Assembly (NCBI GenBank): GCA_002269645.1
Contig: NIVC01003529.1
Location: forward strand, 1-30,604
Source of the DNA: Macrostomum lignano
Taxonomy: Eukaryota
Direction: 5' to 3'
Length of the DNA stretch: 30,604 nt
Shown here in pieces: positions 9,774-30,140 of this stretch (the stretch's first letter is position 1; each line of letters starts with the position of its first letter). Below the pieces are notes generated by a model. The model made no database searches and had not been told where the DNA came from. It saw only the letters and a program-made list of their open reading frames with translations. A program made the position numbers and the translations under genes.

Positions 9774-10945
9774 TAGTAACTGGATTGGGATAGCTAGTAA
9801 CTGGATTGGGATAGCTAGTAACTGGATTGGGATAGCTAGTAACTAGATTGGGATAGCTAGTAACTGGATTGGGATAGCTAGTAACTGGATTGGGATAGCT
9901 AGTAACTGGATTGGGATAGCTAGTAACTAGATTGGGATAGCTAGTAACTGGATTGGGATAGCTAGTAACTGGATTGGGATAGCTAGTAACTGGATTGGGA
10001 TAGCTAGTAACTGGATTGGGATAGGTAGTAACTGGATTGGGATAGCTAGTAACTGGATTGGGATAGCTAGTAACTGGATTGGGATAGCTAGTAACTAGAT
10101 TGGGATAGCTAGTAACTGGATTGGGATAGCTAGTAACTGGATTGTGATAGCTAGTAACTGGATTGGGATAGCTAGTAACTGGATTGGGATAGCTAGTAAC
10201 TGGATTGGGATAGCTAGTAACTGGATTGGGATAGCTAGTAACTGGATTGGGATAGCTAGTAACTGGATTGAGATAGCTAGTAACTGGATTGGGATAGCTA
10301 GTAACTGGATTGGGATAGCTAGTAACTGGATTGGGATAGCTAGTAACTGGATTGGGATAGCTAGTAACTGGATTGGGATAGCTAGTAACTGGATTGAGAT
10401 AGCTAGTAACTGGATTGAGATAGCTAGTAACTGGATTGGGACAGCTAGTAACTGGATTGGGACAGCTAGTAACTGGATTGGGATAGCTAGTAACTGGATT
10501 GGGATAGCTAGTAACTGGATTGGGATAGCTAGTAACTGGATTGGGACAGCTAGTAACTGGATTGGGACAGCTAGTAACTGGATTGGGACAGCTAGTAACT
10601 GGATTGGGACAGCTAGTAACTGGATTGGGACAGCTAGTAACTGGATTGGGATAGCTAGTAACTGGATTGGGATAGCTAGTAACTGGATTGGGATAGCTAG
10701 TAACTGGATTGGGATAGCTAGTAACTGGATTGGGACAGCTAGTAACTGGATTGGGACAGCTAGTAACTGGATTGGGATAGCTAGTAACTGGATTGGGATA
10801 GCTAGTAACTGGATTGGGATAGCTAGTAACTGGATTGGGACAGCTAGTAACTGGATTGGGACAGCTAGTAACTGGATTGGGACAGCTAGTAAATGGATTG
10901 GGGCAACTAGTCACTACAATAGGACAACTAGTTACTGGATTGAGA
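9774..10945. repeat. Minisatellite, 21-bp unit, about 54 copies with a degenerate right end
   Basis: The unit GGGA(T/C)AGCTAGTAACTGGATT is repeated head to tail. Confidence 0.98.
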
Positions 10946-11449
10946 TAATAAACAATAACTTAATAAAAAAATGAAAACCAGGCCACAGCAAACTACCCGA
11001 AACCAGGCCTTCAAAAACAATTGAAATGCAACCAACTGAAACAGGCACAGGCCATGTTTCGAATTCAAACTTTCAAACTATGTTTCAATCAAGTTAAACT
11101 ATTATAGCACCTTTAATATTTTAGCGATACAAAGAGTGAAACAAACGCAATGAGTCGATAAAAGTTAGCGCTTAAACGGCTAGGAATTAGATAATAGGTT
11201 AAAAAACTGGGACTTTAAAAATAACAACAACGCATAGCAAACGATGTACAAGTCAGCTGTTTGGCGTGACAAGCAAATGCAGTGTTGGACTGGCCAGGCC
11301 TCAAGGTTTAATATGCCGGGCAATAGAGAGTGTTGCTCAATGTGGCAACTGCCCTGCAGAATGAAATTATTCATAGAAAAATTACACATTAAAAGCATTA
11401 TCGAAAAAACTAACTTGAAAAAGGTTGCTACACTAAATTACACAATGAC

Positions 11450-11455
11450 TTTATT
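11450..11455 (-). terminator. Candidate polyadenylation signal (AATAAA) of MCM6
   Basis: This is the first canonical AATAAA I found on the minus strand after the MCM6 stop, about 270 nt downstream. An ATTAAA also lies about 25 nt after the stop. Confidence 0.3.
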
Positions 11456-11725
11456 AAAGGTGCGGAGTAATAATAGCCTAATATTATGGTATAAATACGG
11501 TGCCGGCAAAATGCCAGAGCGGAAGGCCAGGGCGAATAAATTTAACGAGAGAAAATTCTTTTAAGCACGCGGTCCCGGCCGCCACCCGGCTCGAGTGGGC
11601 CGCGCGCGTTTCGCATGCGTATGAAATTTCATTCAGTTCCGAAAATCAACTTTGTAAAAGTGCAACAAAATCGAACGTAAAAGAGCACAAATAGTTTTTT
11701 AATTAAAAAAACAAAGAACGCGGTC

Positions 11726-22368
<10,643 letters not shown>

Positions 22369-22664
22369 TTTCAATAATTGTTGTTTACAAACGTGTTTTT
22401 TTTAATTTAGTAGCTAGCTAACTAGGCCTATCCTCAATTTTTGGATGTCGGGATGAGTTTAGAATACAAATTAGGTAGGCCTAGTCAGGGTAGAATTTAA
22501 TGAGCTAGCCTTTGCTTTGAATCGATTAAAAATGCAGAGGGAAGTGCCGACCGAGCGGTGACGATGGGGGCTGGCTGATTAATTAATGAATTCAATGACT
22601 GACGTGACAAGGTATGCGACGCGACTCTCGGGTATTCTCAGCAGCAGTCTAAGAATATTTTACG

Positions 22665-22672
22665 TTTCCCGC
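22665..22672 (+). promoter_or_regulatory. Candidate E2F-binding site (TTTCCCGC) upstream of MCM6
   Basis: This is an exact match to the TTTSSCGC consensus, about 300 bp upstream of the MCM6 ATG. MCM genes are established E2F targets in animals. Confidence 0.45.
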
Positions 22673-24463
22673 ATAGTTAGTTCAAGAATTAAATATTAAA
22701 TATATTTGAAATCGTAGACCATAAACGTAAAACAAGGAAGGCTGTTATGTGTATACATTAATTAAATTTTTTTACTATGAGGCTTTAATTAGCCTACAAT
22801 TTATATTTTTAAAAATTGACAGCAATAAAACAGAATTTTAACTACGCTAACTTTCGTGGTGTGTAATGTACTTTTTACTTTTGGTTTAAATTAAACGGAA
22901 AGAAAGGAGGTCATTTCCGATTCTGACATGGAGAGGAGTCAAAGTTTGGGTGGAAAGGTATAATCATAGCTAGATAAACTTAGCACATACAGTTGGAGAG
23001 CATGATTTGAGAAGATAACGAAATTACACTGTAGATATTAGGTACATGCTTGTATAATTGTGGTCAGAATGTTGGTCCGTAAACCAGAAAAAACTCACGT
23101 TTTCCGTTCCATCAACAAGTGAATAAATGCCATCGCCAGGCACATGAAAAACTATTTTAATGGAATTAACTACAATACTTAGCTTGGCAAAATTAATTAT
23201 AGAATCTATATAGGGATGCGCTTAATTCCATGCAGATACATTTACGTTTATTAGAGCCGGGAATTACAGTAGAAATACTAGAAATACCAAAACAAATTCG
23301 TGGATGTTTGCATCCAAGTTTATTTTTCGTAAGTAAGGTATTTTCGGAGTACATGTAACTCATAGCACAACAACCATGCAATCAACTTTGAATATCTAGT
23401 TTATCATCCGGAGGATTTTTTAATGCACAACGAATTACACACGCGTTTAGCTTGCCATCTATTCGTCTACATGATCTCGGTACATGTACATGGTTTCGTG
23501 CCGGATGTGGGCGACGAAATTCTCGCTAGGGACGTAATTGAAAGAGCCAGAATGCCTTTTGATCTGTGCGGGCGTGCTGCACTCGGTGACCTTGACTGAC
23601 GCGGTGCCACATGTTGCAGATCTTGCGGAGAACACCCTACTGTACAAGCGACAGCTCGATCAACGAGACACACGGCAATTAGATAAGGCGTTCGGCACCC
23701 GCCGCGGTCCAGCAAAAAAAGCGTACGGCTCGCTATGTTCACCTTAACTATAGTACCTAAATGAGTGACACGCAAACTCCAGACCCTCATGTACATGTAG
23801 CAGGCGGATTGACGTACATTAAAGACGGATCGCTTCTAGGCGCGTGATTTAAAGCCCCCCCCCGAAACAAAAACAAGTAGAATTGAAGACTATGTCATTC
23901 GGACGTCAGGCTCTTAGCCCATTTCTATTAATTCGATACAAGAGATCATGCAAGATCATAGAGAACCTACATGTATACAAACTACAAAAAATATCAGAAA
24001 AACAAACACGTTTTTAATTGAGGATAAAGATAAACAGATTATAGGCGCAATAGGTGCTCAGTTTTAAGTGCCCATTGCATATACATGTGTAATACGAGCG
24101 TAACAATAAAAAGATTCACGTACGAGCGTATAATGTTACGTGTTCGCTTATAAAATACTTTGTTCAGCAAGGTGCAACAGTGCGCAATATGTAGAATATT
24201 TGAAGTAGCTAAGGCTAAAAGCATGAGCTGCGCCTACGAAAGTACTCGCGCATTTTCTCGTAATTCGATGACGATTAGTGCTGCGATCAAAGAATTTGCT
24301 GCATGTAACTACGAATTTTATAAAGATGGCGAAACAGTGCGAATGTGGTATTCGGCTTGAGACATGAATTTAGTTTCGGTTCATTCTCCAAACTTAAGAG
24401 TAAACAACAGATCGACTCTAAGAGTTTCTTCAATAAATGTGAAGGTGAGAGCTAGTTCTAAAT

Positions 24464-26296
24464 CTAGCCGTCCTCCCATGGCGTCACCGTAGAGCTGTCC
24501 GGCTTTTTCTCTGACGCAGCCTCCGTCTCCCAAGGCGCCACCTCGCCCGCGCTCGCCTTGTTCGCGACTGGTTCGCAGCCGCTCGGCCCAGCTTGATCCA
24601 CCGGTCGCGTCTTGAGCACTCGAGTTCCGGATGAACTCGATGCCTCCAGACTGCTCTGCGTCTCCACTTTGCCGCGCTGAGAGATTGACGCTGTCACAGT
24701 TGGGTGCGCCGCGCATGACGATGTCGGCTGTGCCGCCTTCTTGCCGAAGTTAAACAGGGCGCCGCGCTTTTTCATAGCGTGGCGCTCAATTGCCGACTGC
24801 AGCAGCGTTTTGTAATCGTCGGAGCGCAGGAAGCGCTGGTAGCTGTCCTTCTTCATCAACAGGTAGATGTGCTCCTGGGCTTCTTCAAAGGAGAATCGGT
24901 TGGGCGACTGCATGCCCTTCTGAGTAATTGTCATGGTCTTGGAATCGATGTTGATCTCGGATGGCGCTCCCGGAGCAAGAAACTCGTCAAAAATTTGCGT
25001 CATGCGCGATCTCAGCTGGTCGTTGGGACCGAACTTGTAATCCTGCACAGCTAGCCAAAAGCTGAGATTCTCCGAGCTGAACTCCTTAGTAAGAAACTGT
25101 TTAAAGTACTCCCGGCCAGCTGCATCACGGAGGAGAAAGTCAAAATAAGCTGACCACATTTTTACCTGCTTTGGTGTCAGACCACTCTCTCCGTAGCCCA
25201 GGCTGTTCTGAAACACAGCCACATCATCACCAACCCAGGGCGACTGACCGCTGGTCAGAGCGGCGCTATCTGATGATGGTCCTCCTGAGTGATCGGCTTC
25301 AGTAAAGGACGTGTCGACCGCAGGCCCAGCACCAGCTGTGCCTGCGGCTGAATTGCTGCCATTTGCTGGTTGCTGTGCCATCGTCCCTGCTGTCCCTGGT
25401 GCCGCCGGCCGAGTGTGCAAGAACCAATCAAATGCCTTGGAGATCTCGTAGCAAGCAATGATGGTCTCACCGGACTTGTGATGCGCATTCTGACTGCTGA
25501 CTAGGGACTCCTTGTGCTGACGTCGGCGACGCTGCTTGGCTAATCGATTCTGCGTCTGGGTGAGGCTGAAGTGCCGCGGTACCGGGTGATCAACTGAGTT
25601 AATGTAGCCCGGAGGCGGTCGGTGCACGCGCCAGTAGGCCTGCTCCTGCATTTCTAACACCATTCGGTCATTCTTTTTGCGCTCCCGCAGCAGCTTCAGC
25701 TCCTCCTCGGCCTGCAGAGCGATAAACTGCCAGCGATCGGCCAGCAACTTTTGCAGCTTGGACAGGGCCAACTTTTCAAAGTCCTCGAAGCCTGGTTTCT
25801 GCTTGCTGCGAATCATGCGCTTGACCAGGTGAATAGCATAGTCTAGATTGTCAGGTCGACCGGAAATCGATAGCCAATAATACGGCGACTGAAAGCGGTA
25901 CAGACACGATGGATCGTCCCTCACCGCCAAGGAATAATCATCGCTCAGAGGGTAGACGTAGCCGTAGATTGCCAAGAGGCTGGCAATGTGGTTGGCCTCT
26001 GTCGGTTCCTCGGCTCCCGTGTATCGTCGGACCCAGGCGATGAGGTCGCTACCGGCAACTGCCGCCGGCACAGAGGTCAGAAATGCCTTCTGGGCTCGAA
26101 AAGTGACACCTGTTTGAGGATGTTGCATTGCCTGTACCATCGCCTCTAGCTTCGTGACGACGTGTGTATGACGCCAGTTGTCCAGCGCCGAGCTTGAGCT
26201 GCAGCCAACTGTCTGCTGCTGCTGCTGCTGGTGGTCGGTGACCTGGCGTCCTTCTTCGTCTTCACTGACATCGGATGCACAGTTTACTAGTGTCAT
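24464..26296 (-). CDS. R7-family regulator of G-protein signalling (RGS6/7/9/11, EGL-10/EAT-16 type; DEP-DHEX-GGL-RGS), intronless, 610 aa
   Basis: DEP: MQHPQTGV...TSVPAAVAGSDLIAW...YGYVYPL...YRFQSPYYW. DHEX: DYAIHLVKR...QEQAYWRVHRPPPG. GGL remnant: FDWFL...SPWVGDD. RGS box: FLTKEFSSENLSFWLAV...LAPGAPSEINIDSKT...AQEHIYLLMKKDSYQRFLRS. It mixes RGS6/7-like and RGS9/11-like residues, so no single symbol is assigned. Confidence 0.95.
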   Translation of the reverse strand: MTLVNCASDVSEDEEGRQVTDHQQQQQQTVGCSSSSALDNWRHTHVVTKLEAMVQAMQHPQTGVTFRAQKAFLTSVPAAVAGSDLIAWVRRYTGAEEPTEANHIASLLAIYGYVYPLSDDYSLAVRDDPSCLYRFQSPYYWLSISGRPDNLDYAIHLVKRMIRSKQKPGFEDFEKLALSKLQKLLADRWQFIALQAEEELKLLRERKKNDRMVLEMQEQAYWRVHRPPPGYINSVDHPVPRHFSLTQTQNRLAKQRRRRQHKESLVSSQNAHHKSGETIIACYEISKAFDWFLHTRPAAPGTAGTMAQQPANGSNSAAGTAGAGPAVDTSFTEADHSGGPSSDSAALTSGQSPWVGDDVAVFQNSLGYGESGLTPKQVKMWSAYFDFLLRDAAGREYFKQFLTKEFSSENLSFWLAVQDYKFGPNDQLRSRMTQIFDEFLAPGAPSEINIDSKTMTITQKGMQSPNRFSFEEAQEHIYLLMKKDSYQRFLRSDDYKTLLQSAIERHAMKKRGALFNFGKKAAQPTSSCAAHPTVTASISQRGKVETQSSLEASSSSGTRVLKTRPVDQAGPSGCEPVANKASAGEVAPWETEAASEKKPDSSTVTPWEDG

Positions 26297-26380
26297 GCCT
26301 TAGGCAGACGGGAAACAGTAGTGAAGCTGTGTGGAATAGTTTCTGCGCTCGAGTATTAGATTTGAATAAAAGTGACCGAG

Positions 26381-26405
26381 CTGAGAAATGAGAAGCGAGA
26401 GAAAG
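26381..26405 (-). promoter_or_regulatory. Strong 3' splice acceptor (cis or trans) 84 nt upstream of the RGS start codon
   Basis: The minus strand reads CTTTCTCTCGCTTCTCATTTCTCAG|CTCGG, a long polypyrimidine tract ending in CAG. Confidence 0.5.
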
Positions 26406-27489
26406 TGAGTCGGGATGGCGTGCAGGGGTTGAAGGGTGTCGCTCCTCTAAATTCATCTTTGCAATATCCTTCTCAGTTCTATCCGTCGGTCGCTACTAGC
26501 AACCATCCGTCCCATCCCCTCCTACCCGAGCCAGTCTGATCTTCCGTCTCTTTTTTCTAACCAGCAGCTTCTTCTCCCTTGCTTCCAACTCTTCCCAGCA
26601 GAGGTATCGAGTACTCAGTGCAGGGATCCACTTTCTGTTCTCCTCAGTTCCTTTCCCGCCCGGACTCAACTGTCCCTCTAGCTACATAGCCGTACATTCA
26701 AACTCTTTGCTAGCCCGCTCCAGTCAGCAATGCGAGTGCGAGGCTTAGAGAGGGGGAATTGCGATCGAAGGACGGACCAGGCGGGAAGCGAGTAGCATCA
26801 TCAACTGCTCGCGGTCCTGCGAGTTGCACTTTCTGAAAAGCAGCGGCCATGGTTAGCAAAATCCAGCCAATACTCATGCTTCATTCCCAAATTAAGCTTC
26901 AACGAACGTCACTATATGGGCACTGTATGCTACATTAAAATGTGGCAACAAAGTGTGGCAAGAAGTAATGCACTGCTGTGAGAGCGTACATGCATGTACT
27001 TTATGTTTGACAAGCGGATTAATCTGGGACGGGACTTTGAATCAGCGGTTGTACGGTATCTGTTTGTTCCTTGTCCTACTAGTGACTAATTAAACGCAGC
27101 ATTTGAAAACAGAAGACACAAGAATGCTGGACAGCTCAAGATGATAGCAATTCGCTAATTAGCTTTGTTTGTTTGGCTTTCTTTATAGAACAAGAATGAA
27201 CATTCTAGAATAATTTAGGACTCAGTCGCGTTGCCGGTCTCCAAATCAGATTCAGTGAGCTCATGATCAAATCAATGGTACAAGTGCAACGCTGCTAGTA
27301 AAACGATGCTAGCTATACGTCAAAATCTACGTGGCAAAGACAGCTTGAAAAGTTGCTTCAGTCTGGAAGGAGGGTGCATACGAGCTTAAAAACTTCAGCT
27401 CACAAAATGAGTCATGGAACAGTTCTTCAACCGAAGCTAGCAGAGAATTTCTCAAGTGACGTATTTCCCATACAGCGTAATTTGCTTAA

Positions 27490-28062
27490 CAGTAGAAAGA
27501 CCATGGGGTGTATTTCAAATACACACATTTTTCTTTTGTCTGGATCTCCGAAAATATTCAACCAATTGCCATCAAAATCCAGAACACGGGCTAAAATTTT
27601 CCGCTCAATTTGATGAAGCAACTCCGAGAATCACGAAAAATCGGCATCGTCGAGATATTCAACGATTCTCCTCGGGTGTCCGGTGGCAAAAACCACCAAC
27701 ATTGGCAAATTTTTTCTGTTCACAAAATCTCATCATGAAACCACGTCGGCTCAGGAAACTATGCATATGAAATGGACCCAGATTATTGAGCCAATATGGA
27801 TTCACCATAAGGGTTTATACAGTGTTGGTTGTCCTTGCCACCAGTGTCTTCCACAAGAATCGTTGAATATCTCGACGATGCTGACGTCGGATGACTTTGA
27901 AAGTTAATTCGTTGGAAAGAGGGGGAAATTTTGATTCAAATGGTGGACTTTTACGAAAATCGGTTATTCGGTTTGCGAGCTATGGTGAAATTGGTTGTGT
28001 GTATTTGTAATACACCCCCATGGTCTTTCCCCATGGGGAAAAATAGCGTGGTCTTTCTACTG
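27490..28062. mobile_element. Non-autonomous DNA transposon (MITE), 573 bp, with TIRs and TTAA flanks
   Basis: The structure is TTAA|CAGTAGAAAGACCA...TGGTCTTTCTACTG|TTAA, with a perfect 14-bp terminal inverted repeat. Subterminal inverted similarity continues (CCATGGGG(G)TGTATT.CAAATACACACA, 27501-27527 versus about 27996-28023). There is no transposase ORF. Confidence 0.85.
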
Positions 28063-30075
28063 TTAAGAACAATTTCACTGCAAGAAACAATCTACTCGTA
28101 TAAAGTAGTAAAATGTTTTAAATGAGTATATAATGGGGGAATTGTCGAGTAGCAGTTGCCAAGGAAGGGCTCGTATGTTCTCTAAACATCTGCAGGAGTG
28201 CAATTTACGCTGTTCGCTCGTCTGGCAGTTTTCGCCACAAATATGCGACTCTGTTCGGACCGCATTCGATGATGGAGAGACAGCGGTCGTTCTTAAAATG
28301 TATTTTCGCGTCGCAAGCTATGCGCGGACGCCAACAATTCGAATCTACCTTGTGGCTGCCATGGTCCCAGCTTACGGATGCTGGATCAATCGACTTGCAA
28401 CGCTCGCAGCTCTCGACCAACCGCTCTCGGAAAAGCTGTCTAGCCAGTTATAGGGTCTCCTACGTCAAAGTGATGTTGCTCAAGTTGATGTCGGATGCAG
28501 CACACTGAGACCATCCCTGGGGGCCCTGTTGTGCCAGAAGGTCATGTCGAGGATGTCGGGTCCACTTCCCATGGATGCATATATGCACAAAGCTACGTAA
28601 AGTACGCGCTTGATAAGCAATAAGCAAAATGAATTATTTTGTATATTGATTGACTTTGATCGAAACCATGCATTCACGAGAGTTACTTTTACTAAAGCAG
28701 AACCTCATAACCTCAAAAATTTTGCGTAATCGAATTCTTCAAGTGGTGAGCCAGCAGGAGTGGCTAGCAAAGACTTCAAGGATGTAAAGTTTCGAGCATG
28801 TGAAACGCCCCTCCCCCCACCTTAAGTTGCAAACTTTGTCTATAGTGCAAACAGCTTTGGCACTTTTTTGTTCCCCACCTATTATTACATGTATATCCGC
28901 CTTGTATAAATTAATTCTATGTCTGTCTGGAAAGGGGATTATAGTGTCCGATCAGACAGCTATTGGTCAATTAGGAGAGCAATACGTGACAGCTGCATGG
29001 TTAATTAGACCGGTTTGAGGTCACGCACGCGACCTATGTTCATTTTTTTCGTTCTAACAGTGTTTTTAATTGCTTTACTATAAAAAATTTTCAATAGTGA
29101 CGACGAGCAATTGCATGTCATCCTTTAAGGTATTTACGTAGCAACCTGGAAAAGCCTCAACAAGTTTTAATAAATACCGAAATGCAAAAATATGTATGAA
29201 GTTGTATCTTCTCATTGATTGTTAATTGAATCTTCCAACGTTCCGTGACGCTGAGTTGGCTGCTTTTTTGTGCAACGGATAGGGAGTGCAAATCGTCTTT
29301 CGGTGTGCCCACCGCCCAGCAATTTGAGGCAGTGGAAATTGTGGAATAGTTGGGATAGCCGAAGGAAACCACCGTACAATCAAGCGGATGGCGACCAGAA
29401 GTGGACGCGACAAGCTGGGCATGGTCTTCTGGTACAGCTTCGCTCAAAAGGACAAAGCAGCTCGATTAGAAGCTCCAATCAAAGCATATTGCTGACGCAA
29501 CTGAAGCCAGTTTTTTGCTTCCGGCTGGGACCGAGGTCATTTTGAAGCCACTTAAATGCCTGATGCACGGATGAGTGGTCACGTGACGGGTCCAACTCGT
29601 CGTTACACTCCTATACCTTCTAACTAGTTATCTTATGATAATCCACACCTCCACTGCACCATTGTAGTCGTCTTGCTTTTGTCTGTAAAACAGTAAAAAG
29701 CAAGACCCTTCGATTATATGAAATTTCGAGCTTGTGAAAGGGACAAACAATTGTAGTTTTCTACGATACGATCTACGATGTGAGGTTTCGAGCTTATAAC
29801 GTTTACTGTCTTCAATTACGAGTATGTGAAAGCGAGCTTTAGATGTATTTATTATCAAATGAACCCATACAAACAAAAAACTATTTTATTAACGATTTTA
29901 AATACGAGCCTTCTTACAGAACAAGTGCATTGGCGAAGCAAAATGGAAGAATTTATAATTCAATTAGTAACAATGATGAGGTCTCGATTAATTAAGTGTA
30001 ATGTTTGTAAACAGGAACAATTATGCGAGCTACCAACAGAAAAAGCAGAACATGCAACGAGAAAGACTTCAGTTA

Positions 30076-30132
30076 GTTAGACGAGACGGTGTCGTCTAAC
30101 CGTCTTTAGTTAGACGAGACTCTCGTCTAACT
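30076..30132. other. Two adjacent palindromes sharing GTTAGACGA arms (hairpin/cruciform-capable)
   Basis: GTTAGACGA-gacggtg-TCGTCTAAC lies at 30076-30100 and AGTTAGACGAGA-c-TCTCGTCTAACT at 30108-30132. Confidence 0.85.
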
Positions 30133-30140
30133 GATGGGAC

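Noticed and set aside
9703-10914. 403-aa minus-strand ORF of about 54 Tyr/Ser/Pro/Thr-rich heptads (YPNPVTS), superficially like the RNA polymerase II CTD or a repetitive secreted protein
   Set aside because: The heptad does not match YSPTSPS. There is no ATG (GTG start), signal peptide or flanking domain. All recurrent unit variants (unit positions 2, 5, 8 and 17) change second codon positions (Y/C, P/L, P/H, S/T), the opposite of what coding selection produces. A stop-free 21-bp unit gives a long ORF automatically.
23640-23880. GC-richer patch between RGS and MCM6 considered as MCM6 exon 1 or as a structured or spliced-leader RNA gene
   Set aside because: The true exon 1 was found at 22368-22277. 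I saw no tRNA boxes, Sm site in a leader context or convincing stem pattern. An Infernal/Rfam scan would be needed to exclude an ncRNA.
24160-24360. Plus-strand 66-aa ORF with FAACNYEFYKDGETVR, vaguely like a BIR-domain segment
   Set aside because: The Cys/His zinc ligands are missing, the start is TTG, and it lies antisense in the probable RGS 3'UTR.
28100-28680. Moderately GC-rich stretch with short Cys-containing ORFs on both strands (for example SCERCK...NCWRPRIACDAKIH), possibly a decayed transposase or exon
   Set aside because: I recognise no family motif, all frames are interrupted, and I found no convincing splice sites. A TBLASTX or Dfam search would be needed.
29628-29876. Minus-strand ORF with QLFVPFTSSKFH, faintly like the C-terminus of CR1/L2 LINE ORF2
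   Set aside because: The resemblance is limited to a few residues, and there are no reverse-transcriptase motifs or 3' tail nearby.
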